A stretch of DNA of 64,000 nucleotides from Pseudomonas aeruginosa PAO1 (lineage in GTDB: Bacteria > Pseudomonadota > Gammaproteobacteria > Pseudomonadales > Pseudomonadaceae). Shown piece after piece: positions 50,918-61,124 of this stretch. The position numbers and the translations under genes are program-made. Positions within the stretch are counted from its first letter, which is position 1, and each line of letters opens with the position of its first letter. Location: NCBI RefSeq assembly GCF_000006765.1, contig NC_002516.2. One strand, written 5' to 3'. The notes below the pieces were generated by a model, which was not told the DNA's origin, ran no database searches, and saw only the letters and a program-made list of their open reading frames with translations.

Positions 50918-51940
50918 TCAATAGTCGCCGCGCTTGCGGAAGGCCCAGCGGCCGGCGAGGAAGGTGAAGCTGGCGACCAGCACGAGCATGATCCAGAAGC
51001 CTTCAGGATCGTCGGCGAAGGGAATCCCGCCGACGTTCATGCCGAAGAAGCCGGCGACGATGTTGATCGGCAGGGCCAGCACCGTGACCATGGTCAGGGT
51101 GAAGAGGATGCGGTTGTTCTGTTCGTTGAGCTTGGCCGCGATCTCTTCCTGCAGCAGCTTGATCCGTTCGCCCAGGGCGGTCAGGTCGCTGATCACCAGG
51201 GAGAACTCCTCGGTGGCTTCGCGCAACTCACGCAGGTCGGCATCCTGTAGCCATTCCGGCGGTCGGTTGAGCAGGCGCAGCAGCGAACCGGGCTCCAGCG
51301 CCAGCAGGCGTTGCAGGCGTACCAGCACGCGCCGCATGGCGCCGAGGTCGGCGCGGTTGGCGGAGAGGCGCAGGGCCAGTAGCTGGTCCTCGATGCGGTC
51401 CACTGCGACGCTGGTTTCGCGGACGATCTGGGTCAGCACGTCGCCCTGGTCGCGCAACAGGTGGATCAGCAACTGCAGGGGCGAACGGAAAGGTTCGCCG
51501 TGCTTCACCGAAGAGCGCAGCTTGTCCACCGAGCGCAGCGGTTGCGCTCGTGCACTGACCAGCAGCCGGCCACGGGCGCAGACCCACAGGGTGGCGACGT
51601 CCGAAGAGACCAGGCCGAAGTTGAAGACCACGTCGTTGACCACTGCCAGCAGCGCCGAGTCGACGTGTTCGATGCGCGTCGAGCGCGACCCCTCGCGCAG
51701 GCTTTCGAAGAAATAATCCGGCAGTTCCAGATGCTTCTTCATCCAGCGCTCGCAGGCGGCATGGGCGAGGTTCAGGTGCAGCCAGAGGAACTCGTCCGGC
51801 GCCTCCTCGCGAGCCTGCCGCAGGCAGGCGAGGGCGGTAACCGAGTCGATTTCCCGCCCCGCTTCGCCGGGGCGGAAACGGAAACCGTAGATCAGGCCGA
51901 ACAGGTCGGCGTCCTGGGGCGGGGAGATACCGTGATGCAT
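50918..51940 (-). CDS. CorA/ZntB-family divalent cation transporter
   Basis: WLHLNL, DRIEDQLL, LPINIVAGFFGMNVGGIP (GMN motif between two TMs). Confidence 0.9.
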   Translation of the reverse strand: MHHGISPPQDADLFGLIYGFRFRPGEAGREIDSVTALACLRQAREEAPDEFLWLHLNLAHAACERWMKKHLELPDYFFESLREGSRSTRIEHVDSALLAVVNDVVFNFGLVSSDVATLWVCARGRLLVSARAQPLRSVDKLRSSVKHGEPFRSPLQLLIHLLRDQGDVLTQIVRETSVAVDRIEDQLLALRLSANRADLGAMRRVLVRLQRLLALEPGSLLRLLNRPPEWLQDADLRELREATEEFSLVISDLTALGERIKLLQEEIAAKLNEQNNRILFTLTMVTVLALPINIVAGFFGMNVGGIPFADDPEGFWIMLVLVASFTFLAGRWAFRKRGDY

Positions 51941-52440
51941 GGTCGCTCGCGGGAGAGGATCGGTTGGATAACTTGGCATCGTGACGATGACGCTTTGATT
52001 GCAGGACGATGAAGGCCGCTTCGCGGGATGCCCGGCGATGCTTTCCGTTGGAACTGTCGGGGTCGTCTTGCCGTCGCCTCGCGCCGACGAACTACGAGGT
52101 GCCGGGAAGTGCTATTTCATTTCTCCCGGTTTTTTATGAAATACGCATCGTAGAGTTCTGATATTTGCCCGCTGGGTTATTTAGTCGATTTGCCGTGCCA
52201 GGTGATGGGGGTTGTTTATAAAGTATTATAACTTTTTGATTATATATTGTTTATCAATTAGATAGGCGTGTGATGGCTAAATGGCTGCATGTTTTCCAGG
52301 GGTTATCTAAATTGAATTTTTCATGGGGGTTTTCTTAGTCGTTATATATAAAGTCAGACTCGCCTTTTATTTAAAAGCTGCTATTTCTGGATTACATGGT
52401 GCGGCCGTTCGGTCGCTGCTTGACAAGAGGAATGTCGGAA

Positions 52441-55400
52441 ATGTCGATCCAGGCGAAAGTTACCCCTATCGATCAGAGTATTTCTTCTGCGGCTGCCGTC
52501 GAGGTTCCGGAAAACGGGATACTCAAACTCTCCCAGAGCAGTAATGTCGCGCTCGATGTCGCACCGGAGTCGGTGGCGGGATACTCGAAGAGCGGTTCGG
52601 ACCTGATCGTCCAGCTGAAGACCGGGGAAAGCGTCCGGATCGCCAACTTCTATGCGGAAGGCCAGCCTTCCAGCCAACTGTTCCTGGCCGACAAGGACAA
52701 GCTGGTGGCGGTAGATCTGCCGCCGGTCGCTGCCGACGGGCCGCTGATGGCCGGCTACATCCCGCAGGAAAGCCTGGCCGGTTTCGAGTCGCTGACCGGC
52801 GCCGGTGTGCTCGGTGGCATGAGCGCAGGGACTGCGCTGCTGGTCGGTGCGGCGGCCATCGGCGCCGGGGTGGCGATTTCCAACAGCAGCGGCGGCGGTG
52901 GCGGCGGCGGTTCTTCGGTGCCCCCGGACACCACTCCGCCGAAGGCGGCCAGCGGCCTGAAGATAGCGCCTGACGGCAGCAGCATCAGCGGCCAGGCCGA
53001 GGCCGGCGCGAGCGTCGGCATCGATACCAATGGCGACGGCAAGCCGGACCTCACCGTGATCGCCGATGCCAACGGCAATTTCACCGCTCCGCTGAACCCG
53101 CCGCTGACCAATGGCCAGACGGTCACCGTGGTGGTCACCGACCCGGCTGGCAACGCCAGCCCGCCGGCCCAGGTCACCGCTCCGGACACTACCGCCCCGG
53201 CGCCGGCTACCGACGTGCAGGTGGCGCCGGACGGCAGCAGCGTCACCGGCAAGGCCGAACCCGGCTCGACGGTGGGCGTCGATACCGACGGCGACGGCCA
53301 GCCGGACACCACCGTGGTGGTCGGCCCCGGCGGCAGCTTCGAGGTTCCGCTGAACCCGCCGCTGACCAATGGCGAGACGGTGACGGTGATCGTTACCGAC
53401 CCGGCCGGCAACAACAGCACCCCGGTGACCGTCGAGGCGCCGGACACCACCGCCCCGGCGCCGGCCACCGACGTGCAGGTGGCGCCGGACGGCAGCAGCG
53501 TCACCGGCAACGCAGAGCCGGGCGCCACCGTCGGTGTCGACACCGATGGCGACGGCCAGCCGGACACCACCGTGGTGGTCGGTCCCGGCGGCAGCTTCGA
53601 GGTTCCGCTGAACCCGCCGCTGACCAATGGCGAGACGGTGACGGTGATCGTTACCGACCCGGCCGGCAACAGCAGCACCCCGGTCACCGCCGAAGCCCCC
53701 GACTTCCCCGACGCGCCCCAGGTCAATGCCAGCAACGGCAGCGTCCTCAGTGGTACGGCGGAAGCGGGCGTGACCATCGTGATCACCGACGGCAACGGCA
53801 ATCCGATCGGCCAGACCAGCGCCGATGCCAACGGCAACTGGAGCTTCACCCCCGGTAGCCAACTGCCGGATGGCACCGTGGTCAATGTGGTGGCCAGGGA
53901 CGCCGCCGGCAACAGCAGCCCGGCGACCTCCATCACCGTCGACGGCGTGGCGCCGAACGCGCCGGTGGTCGAGCCGAGCAACGGCAGCGAACTCAGCGGG
54001 ACTGCCGAACCGGGCAGCAGCGTGACCCTGACCGACGGCAATGGCAATCCGATCGGCCAGACCACCGCCGATGCCAACGGCAACTGGTCTTTCACGCCGT
54101 CCACCCCGTTGCCGGACGGTACCGTGGTCAACGTGGTGGCCAGGGATGCCGCCGGCAACAGCAGTCCGCCGGCCAGCGTTACCGTGGATGCCGTCGCGCC
54201 GGCCACGCCCACCGTCGATCCGAGCAACGGTACGACCCTCAGCGGCACCGCCGAGCCGGGCAGTAGCGTGACCCTGACCGACGGCAACGGTAACCCGATA
54301 GGGCAGGTCACCGCCGACGGCAGCGGCAACTGGACCTTCACCCCGAGCACGCCGTTGCCCAACGGCACGGTGGTCAACGCCACGGCTACCGACCCGTCCG
54401 GCAACGCCAGTTCGCCGGCCAGCGTCACCGTGGACGCCGTGGCACCGGCCACGCCAGTGGTCAACCCGAGCAACGGCACCACGCTCAGCGGCACCGCCGA
54501 GCCGGGCGCCACCGTGACCCTGACCGATGGCAACGGCAATCCCATCGGGCAGGTCACCGCCGATGGCAGCGGCAACTGGAGCTTCACTCCGACCACGCCG
54601 TTGCCCAACGGCACCGTGGTCAACGCCACGGCCACCGACGCCTCCGGCAACACCAGTGCGGGCAGCAGTGTCACCGTGGACTCGGTAGCCCCGGCCACGC
54701 CAGTGATCAACCCCAGCAACGGCACCACGCTCAGCGGCACCGCCGAGCCGGGCAGCAGCGTGACTCTGACCGATGGCAACGGCAACCCGATTGGCCAGGT
54801 CACCGCCGACGGCAGCGGCAACTGGAGCTTCACCCCGTCCACGCCGCTGGCGGATGGAACCGTGGTCAACGCCACGGCCACCGATCCGGCGGGCAACACC
54901 AGCGGCCAGGGCAGCACCACCGTCGATGGCGTGGCGCCGACCACGCCGACCGTCAACCTGAGCAACGGCAGCAGCCTCAGCGGCACTGCGGAACCGGGCA
55001 GCACGGTGATCCTCACCGACGGCAACGGCAATCCGATCGCCGAGGTCACCGCCGACGGCAGCGGCAACTGGACCTACACCCCGTCCACGCCGATCGCCAA
55101 CGGCACCGTGGTCAACGTGGTGGCCCAGGACGCCGCCGGCAATAGCAGCCCGGGCGCCAGCGTCACCGTGGACTCGCAGGCCCCGGCGGCTCCGGTGGTC
55201 AACCCGAGCAACGGCACTACGCTCAGCGGCACCGCCGAGCCGGGCGCTACCGTGACCCTGACCGACGGCAACGGCAACCCGATTGGCCAGGTCACCGCCG
55301 ACGGCAGCGGCAACTGGAGCTTCACACCGGGCACGCCGCTGGCCAACGGCACCGTGGTCAACGCCACGGCCAGCGACCCGACCGGCAATACCAGCGCTCC

Positions 55401-58400
55401 GGCCAGCACCACCGTGGACTCGGTGGCGCCGGCCGCGCCGGTGGTCAATCCGAGCAACGGCGCGGAGATCAGCGGCACCGCCGAACCGGGCGCCACCGTG
55501 ACCCTGACCGATGGCAGCGGCAATCCGATCGGGCAGGTCACCGCCGACGGCAGCGGCAACTGGAGCTTCACCCCGTCCACGCCGCTGGCGGATGGAACCG
55601 TGGTCAACGCCACCGCTACCGACCCGGCCGGCAATACCGGCGGCCAGGGCAGCACCACCGTGGACGCCATCGCGCCGGCCACGCCGACCGTCAACCTGAG
55701 CAATGGCAGCAGCCTCAGCGGCACCGCCGAGCCGGGCAGCACGGTGATTCTCACCGACGGCAACGGCAATCCGATCGCCGAGGTCACCGCCGACGGCAGC
55801 GGCAACTGGACCTACACCCCGTCCACGCCGATCGCCAACGGTACTGTGGTCAACGTGGTGGCCCAGGACGCCTCCGGTAACAGCAGCCCGCCGGCGACGG
55901 TGACCGTCGATTCCAGCGCGCCGCCGGCGCCGGTGATCAACCCGAGCAACGGCGTCGTCATCAGCGGCACCGCCGAGGCCGGTGCCACGGTGACCCTCAC
56001 CGATGCCGGCGGCAACCCGATAGGGCAGGTCACCGCCGACGGCAGCGGCAACTGGAGCTTCACGCCGGGCACCCCGCTGGCCAACGGCACGGTGATCGTC
56101 GCCACGGCCACCGACCCGACCGGCAATACCGGCCCGCAGGCCGCCACCACGGTGGACGCGGTGGCGCCGCCGGCGCCGGTGATCGATCCGAGCAACGGCA
56201 CGACCATCAGCGGCACCGCGGAGGCCGGGGCCAAGGTGATCCTCACCGACGGCAACGGCAACCCGATCGGCGAAACCACCGCCGACGGCAGCGGCAACTG
56301 GAGCTTCACGCCCGGCACGCCGCTGGCCAACGGCACGGTGGTCAACGCCGTGGCCCAGGACCCTGCGGGCAATACCGGCCCGCAGGGCAGCACTACCGTG
56401 GACGCGGTGGCGCCGAACACGCCTGTGGTCAATCCGAGCAACGGCAACCTGCTCAACGGTACCGCCGAGCCGGGCAGCACCGTGACCTTGACCGACGGCA
56501 ACGGCAACCCGATCGGCCAGACCACCGCCGATGGCAGCGGCAACTGGAGCTTCACGCCCGGCTCGCAACTGCCCAACGGCACCGTGGTCAACGTGACCGC
56601 GAGCGACGCCGCCGGCAATACCAGCCTTCCCGCTACCACGACGGTGGATTCCTCGCTGCCGTCGATCCCGCAGGTGGATCCGAGCAACGGTTCGGTGATC
56701 AGCGGCACCGCGGACGCCGGCAACACCATCATCATCACCGATGGCAACGGCAACCCGATTGGCCAGGTCACCGCCGACGGCAGCGGCAACTGGTCCTTCA
56801 CTCCAGGCATCCCGCTGCCGGATGGCACGGTGGTCAACGTGGTGGCGCGCAGCCCAAGCAATGTCGACAGTGCGCCGGCGGTGATCACTGTGGATGGCGT
56901 GGCCCCGGCGGCGCCGGTGATCGATCCGAGCAACGGCACCGAGATAAGCGGTACCGCGGAGGCCGGCGCGACGGTGATCCTCACCGATGGCGGCGGCAAC
57001 CCGATCGGCCAGGCCACCGCCGACGGCAGCGGCAACTGGACGTTCACCCCGAGCACCCCGCTGGCCAACGGCACCGTGATCAACGCCGTGGCCCAGGACC
57101 CGGCCGGCAATACCAGCGGTCCGGCCAGCGTCACCGTCGATGCCATCGCCCCGCCGGCGCCGGTGATCAATCCGAGCAATGGAGTCGTCATCAGCGGTAC
57201 GGCGGAAGCCGGGGCCACGGTGATCCTCACCGACGGCAACGGCAACCCGATCGGCCAGGTCACCGCCGACGGCAGCGGCAACTGGAGCTTCACGCCCGGC
57301 ACGCCGCTGGCCAACGGCTCGGTGATCAATGCGCTGGCCCAGGACGCCGCCGGCAACAACAGCAGTCCCACCAGCGCCACCGTCGACTCGCTGGCGCCAG
57401 CAGCCCCGGTGATCGATCCGAGCAACGGTAGCGTGATCGCCGGTACCGCCGAGGCTGGTGCCACGGTGATCCTCACCGACGGCAACGGCAACCCGATCGG
57501 CCAGGTCACCGCCGATGGCAGCGGCAACTGGAGCTTCACGCCCGGCACGCCGCTGTCCAATGGCACGGTGGTCAATGCGGTGGCCCAGGACGCTGCCGGC
57601 AACACCAGCGGCCCGGTCAGCACCACGGTGGACGCGGTGGCCCCGGCCACCCCGGTGATCGACCCGAGCAACGGTGTCGAACTCAGCGGCACCGCCGAAC
57701 CCGGCGTCCGGGTGATCCTCACCGATGGCAATGGCAATCCGATCGGCCAGACCCTTGCCGACGGCAGCGGCAACTGGAGCTTCACGCCGGGCACGCCGCT
57801 GGCCAACGGCACGGTGGTCAATGCCGTGGCCCAGGACCCGGCCGGCAATACCAGCGGCCCGGCCAGCACCACGGTGGACACGGTGGCTCCGGCCACGCCG
57901 GTGATCAATCCCAGCAACGGCAGCGTGATCACCGGCACCGCCGAGGTCGGCGCCAAGGTGATCCTCACCGATGGCAACGGCAACCCGATCGGCGAGACCA
58001 CCGCCGACGGCAGTGGTAACTGGACCTTCACCCCCGGCACGCCGCTGGCCAACGGTACGGTGATCAACGCCGTCGCCGAGGACGCCGCGGGCAACGCCAG
58101 CGGTCCGGCCAGCACCACGGTGGACTCGGTGGCGCCGTCCGCTCCGCTGCTGAGCATCAGCGCCGACGGCGCGCTGCTGACCGGCACCGCCGAGCCGAAC
58201 AGCCAGGTGCGCATCGTGGTCAACGGCGACACCGCCAACCCGATCACGGTCACCGTCGACGGCGCCGGCAACTTCAGCCTGCCGTTCGCGCCGCCGCTGA
58301 TCACCGGCGAGCTGATCGCCGGGGTCGCCGTCGACGCCGCCGGCAACGTCAGCGGGCCGGCCACCATCAACGCCCCGGACCTGGCGCCGCCGACCATCAG

Positions 58401-59847
58401 CGTGCCGGAAGCCGCCGATACCTGGATCAATGCCGCGGAGATCGGCGACGGTATCCAGGTCGATGTGACGGTCCGTCCGACCATGCAGGTCGGCCAGGTG
58501 GTCACGGTCAAGTTCGCCGGGCAGAACGGCTACGAGGCCGAGGTCAGCCATACCCTCACCGCCGGCGACATCGCCGCCGGCAACCTGACCCTGACCCTGA
58601 CGCCTCCCGGCGGCATGGGCCCGTTCCCGGAGGGTGCCTCGACCGTCACCGCCGACATCAACGGCGGCACCGCGTCGACCCCGGTGCCGTTCACCATCGA
58701 CACCATTCCGCCGGCGACCCCGGTGCTGTCCCTGGTCGGCAACATCCTGACCATCTCGGCGGAGCCAGGGACCGAGTTGACGGTGACCGTCGACGTCGGC
58801 GGGGTGACCGCCACCGCCACGGTGACCGCCGACAACAGCGGGCTGGCGTCGCTGAACCTGCTCACCGACCTGGACATCGACTTCAGTTGGGACCAGTTGC
58901 TCAATGCCCAGGTGTCGGTGGTCGGACGCGACCCGGCCGGCAACCCGAGCAACACGGCGAGCATCGGCGTCGGCACCAGCATCGAGCAACCGGTGACCAT
59001 CGGCAACTTCGGCCTCGACGTCAGCCTCAACCCGCTGAACCCGCGTTTCGGTTTCAGCGGAACCACCGAGCCTGACTCCAGCGTGGTGATCCGGGTCATC
59101 ACCCCGGCGTTGAACGTCGAATTGCTGCCGATCCAGGCGGATTCGTCCGGAAACTTCTCGCTGAACCTGCTGAGCCCGACCATCCTCACCCAGTTGGGGC
59201 TGAACATCACCGACATCCTCAACCTCGGCTCGCAGATCTCGTTCAACCTGGTGTCCACCGACTCCAATGGCAACGACAGCGCCGCCTACGGGATCACCCT
59301 GACCCCCAACGGACTGTCGCTCAATATCGGCCAGATCGATGTCAACGGTACTTCCGGCGACGACGTGCTGTCCGGCGCCAACGGCAGTTCGGAGCACATC
59401 AACGGCGGCGACGGCAGCGACCTGATCTTCAACGTGGGCACCGGCGATCACGTGGTGGCCGGCAACGGCAACGACACCATCCAGATCACCGCGACCGATT
59501 TCGTCAGCATCGATGGCGGCGCCGGGTTCGACACCCTGGTCCTGGCCAACGGCATCGACCTCGACTACAACGCCGTCGGCGTCGGCACGCTCAGCAACCT
59601 CGAGCGCATCGACCTCGGCAAGGGCGATTCGGGTAGCGTGCTGACCCTGACCGCGGCGGAGGTGGATGCCATCACCGATGCCAACAACACGTTGCAGATC
59701 ACCGGCGAGAACAACGACACCCTGAACGTGGTGGGCGCGGTGAATACCGGTACCACGCAACTGATCAACGGCATTACCTACGACGTCTACACCTTCGGCA
59801 GTACCACCCTGCTGATCGAGGACAACACGGTACAGGTCGTGGTCTGA
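52441..59847 (+). CDS. bapA: Large repetitive secreted adhesin BapA (2468 aa)
   Basis: BapA prefix domain, Gly-rich linker, about 22 Ig-like repeats, C-terminal GGxGxD-like Ca-binding turns; followed by a T1SS. Confidence 0.95.
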   Translation: MSIQAKVTPIDQSISSAAAVEVPENGILKLSQSSNVALDVAPESVAGYSKSGSDLIVQLKTGESVRIANFYAEGQPSSQLFLADKDKLVAVDLPPVAADGPLMAGYIPQESLAGFESLTGAGVLGGMSAGTALLVGAAAIGAGVAISNSSGGGGGGGSSVPPDTTPPKAASGLKIAPDGSSISGQAEAGASVGIDTNGDGKPDLTVIADANGNFTAPLNPPLTNGQTVTVVVTDPAGNASPPAQVTAPDTTAPAPATDVQVAPDGSSVTGKAEPGSTVGVDTDGDGQPDTTVVVGPGGSFEVPLNPPLTNGETVTVIVTDPAGNNSTPVTVEAPDTTAPAPATDVQVAPDGSSVTGNAEPGATVGVDTDGDGQPDTTVVVGPGGSFEVPLNPPLTNGETVTVIVTDPAGNSSTPVTAEAPDFPDAPQVNASNGSVLSGTAEAGVTIVITDGNGNPIGQTSADANGNWSFTPGSQLPDGTVVNVVARDAAGNSSPATSITVDGVAPNAPVVEPSNGSELSGTAEPGSSVTLTDGNGNPIGQTTADANGNWSFTPSTPLPDGTVVNVVARDAAGNSSPPASVTVDAVAPATPTVDPSNGTTLSGTAEPGSSVTLTDGNGNPIGQVTADGSGNWTFTPSTPLPNGTVVNATATDPSGNASSPASVTVDAVAPATPVVNPSNGTTLSGTAEPGATVTLTDGNGNPIGQVTADGSGNWSFTPTTPLPNGTVVNATATDASGNTSAGSSVTVDSVAPATPVINPSNGTTLSGTAEPGSSVTLTDGNGNPIGQVTADGSGNWSFTPSTPLADGTVVNATATDPAGNTSGQGSTTVDGVAPTTPTVNLSNGSSLSGTAEPGSTVILTDGNGNPIAEVTADGSGNWTYTPSTPIANGTVVNVVAQDAAGNSSPGASVTVDSQAPAAPVVNPSNGTTLSGTAEPGATVTLTDGNGNPIGQVTADGSGNWSFTPGTPLANGTVVNATASDPTGNTSAPASTTVDSVAPAAPVVNPSNGAEISGTAEPGATVTLTDGSGNPIGQVTADGSGNWSFTPSTPLADGTVVNATATDPAGNTGGQGSTTVDAIAPATPTVNLSNGSSLSGTAEPGSTVILTDGNGNPIAEVTADGSGNWTYTPSTPIANGTVVNVVAQDASGNSSPPATVTVDSSAPPAPVINPSNGVVISGTAEAGATVTLTDAGGNPIGQVTADGSGNWSFTPGTPLANGTVIVATATDPTGNTGPQAATTVDAVAPPAPVIDPSNGTTISGTAEAGAKVILTDGNGNPIGETTADGSGNWSFTPGTPLANGTVVNAVAQDPAGNTGPQGSTTVDAVAPNTPVVNPSNGNLLNGTAEPGSTVTLTDGNGNPIGQTTADGSGNWSFTPGSQLPNGTVVNVTASDAAGNTSLPATTTVDSSLPSIPQVDPSNGSVISGTADAGNTIIITDGNGNPIGQVTADGSGNWSFTPGIPLPDGTVVNVVARSPSNVDSAPAVITVDGVAPAAPVIDPSNGTEISGTAEAGATVILTDGGGNPIGQATADGSGNWTFTPSTPLANGTVINAVAQDPAGNTSGPASVTVDAIAPPAPVINPSNGVVISGTAEAGATVILTDGNGNPIGQVTADGSGNWSFTPGTPLANGSVINALAQDAAGNNSSPTSATVDSLAPAAPVIDPSNGSVIAGTAEAGATVILTDGNGNPIGQVTADGSGNWSFTPGTPLSNGTVVNAVAQDAAGNTSGPVSTTVDAVAPATPVIDPSNGVELSGTAEPGVRVILTDGNGNPIGQTLADGSGNWSFTPGTPLANGTVVNAVAQDPAGNTSGPASTTVDTVAPATPVINPSNGSVITGTAEVGAKVILTDGNGNPIGETTADGSGNWTFTPGTPLANGTVINAVAEDAAGNASGPASTTVDSVAPSAPLLSISADGALLTGTAEPNSQVRIVVNGDTANPITVTVDGAGNFSLPFAPPLITGELIAGVAVDAAGNVSGPATINAPDLAPPTISVPEAADTWINAAEIGDGIQVDVTVRPTMQVGQVVTVKFAGQNGYEAEVSHTLTAGDIAAGNLTLTLTPPGGMGPFPEGASTVTADINGGTASTPVPFTIDTIPPATPVLSLVGNILTISAEPGTELTVTVDVGGVTATATVTADNSGLASLNLLTDLDIDFSWDQLLNAQVSVVGRDPAGNPSNTASIGVGTSIEQPVTIGNFGLDVSLNPLNPRFGFSGTTEPDSSVVIRVITPALNVELLPIQADSSGNFSLNLLSPTILTQLGLNITDILNLGSQISFNLVSTDSNGNDSAAYGITLTPNGLSLNIGQIDVNGTSGDDVLSGANGSSEHINGGDGSDLIFNVGTGDHVVAGNGNDTIQITATDFVSIDGGAGFDTLVLANGIDLDYNAVGVGTLSNLERIDLGKGDSGSVLTLTAAEVDAITDANNTLQITGENNDTLNVVGAVNTGTTQLINGITYDVYTFGSTTLLIEDNTVQVVV
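52921..58380 (+). repeat. Intragenic tandem repeats of bapA
   Basis: Three about 87-aa units (two near-identical, 261-nt period), then 18 units of about 82 aa (246-nt period, SNG..SGTAE...GNW.FTP), then one divergent unit. Confidence 0.9.
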
Positions 59848-61124
59848 TGCGCGGGCGCAGGCAGTACGCGCGCAAGGGACGGCGGCATGGGAAGGGAGCC
59901 ATCTGGCTCCTTTCCCTGGGTCTGCCGATGTTCGCGTCGGCCATGCCCCTCGACCAGGCGGTCAGGGCAGGGCTGGCGATCCACCCGGAAGTACGATCCG
60001 CGATGGCCGAAGCGGACCGTGCAGGCACCGAGGTGGAGATGGCCAAAGGGGGGTACTACCCCTCCGTGACGATGTCCGGGGGGCCGCAGGAGTTCGACTT
60101 CGGCGAGATCGTCTACGATCTCACCGCGTCGCAGATGCTGTACGACTGGGGTCGGGTGACGAGCAAGGTCGACAGCGCCAGCGCGACCCAGCGCAAGCTG
60201 TCCGAGGCGGTGCTGGTGGCGCGCGACGATGCGGCGCTGGATATCGTCGAGACCTACCTCGATGTGCTTGCCTCGGAGCGCCGGGTGGAGGCGGTGCGCG
60301 AACACATCCAGCGCCTCGACGGCATCCGCGAGATGACCCAGGCGCGCGGCGGCGACGGCTACGCCGACCGCAGCGAGCTGGATCGCGCCAATCTGGAACT
60401 GTCGCGGGCCCAGGAGCAGTTGTCGCTGGAGAAGGGCAACCTGCAGGACGCGCGCAACCAGTACGCGATCCTGGTCGGCCAGGAGCCCGCCGACCTGGTG
60501 GAGCCCGAGCCGATGTCGCTGCAACGCTACCTGGCGGCCAGCGATATGGCGCGGGTGATCCGCGAATCGCCTTTGCAGCGCAAGGCCCTGGAGGACGCCA
60601 ATGTCGCCGAGGCCGAGGTCCGCGAGGCCAAGGCGTCGCTGCTGCCGCAACTGAACCTGGAGGCCAGCGCGCTGCGCCGGGAGATCGGCGGGCATCCGGA
60701 AAGCGACTCGGTGGTATCCCTGCGCTTCCGCATGGACACCTTCCAGGGGCTTTCCAACTTCCGCCGGCCGACCGCCGCGCAGCAGCGCCTGGAGTCGGCG
60801 AAATGGAGCGCCGACGCGATGCAGCGCGACATCCGCCGGCAACTGCAGAACCTCTTCGACAACGGCGACACGCTGCGCTGGCGGGAACAGTCGCTGACCC
60901 AGCAGGTGACCGAGTCGGAGCAGGTCGGCGAGTTGTATCGCGAACAGTTCGAGGTTGGCCGGCGCGACGTGATCGACCTGCTCAACGTGCAGCGCGAGCG
61001 GTTCGAGGCAGAGCGGCAACTGATCAACCTGCGGATCGAACGCAAGCGCATCGAGTATCGGGCGGCCGCGCAAGTCGGCCTGTTGGGTCCGCTATTGGAG
61101 AACCGGCTGAATCATGGAAGCTGA
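59847..61124 (+). CDS. bapB: TolC-family outer-membrane protein of the Bap T1SS
   Basis: TGATG overlap with bapA; HPEV..A, YYPSV, QMLYDWG, YREQFEVGRRDVIDLLN. Confidence 0.92.
   Translation: MRGRRQYARKGRRHGKGAIWLLSLGLPMFASAMPLDQAVRAGLAIHPEVRSAMAEADRAGTEVEMAKGGYYPSVTMSGGPQEFDFGEIVYDLTASQMLYDWGRVTSKVDSASATQRKLSEAVLVARDDAALDIVETYLDVLASERRVEAVREHIQRLDGIREMTQARGGDGYADRSELDRANLELSRAQEQLSLEKGNLQDARNQYAILVGQEPADLVEPEPMSLQRYLAASDMARVIRESPLQRKALEDANVAEAEVREAKASLLPQLNLEASALRREIGGHPESDSVVSLRFRMDTFQGLSNFRRPTAAQQRLESAKWSADAMQRDIRRQLQNLFDNGDTLRWREQSLTQQVTESEQVGELYREQFEVGRRDVIDLLNVQRERFEAERQLINLRIERKRIEYRAAAQVGLLGPLLENRLNHGS

Noticed and set aside
52236-52257. TTGAT...ATCAA upstream of bapA as an ANR/FNR box
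   Set aside because: The spacer is 12 nt, not the required 4 nt.
53700-58130. Regular about 246-nt periodicity considered as a CRISPR array or mobile repeat
   Set aside because: The units are in-frame, degenerate at synonymous sites and lack unique spacers; no cas genes. They are protein-domain repeats.
52381-59760. 2459-aa antisense ORF (and 899- and 770-aa companions) opposite bapA
   Set aside because: Shadow frames caused by GC3 bias and the repetitive sense gene; no start signals or domain motifs, and their periodicity just mirrors bapA.
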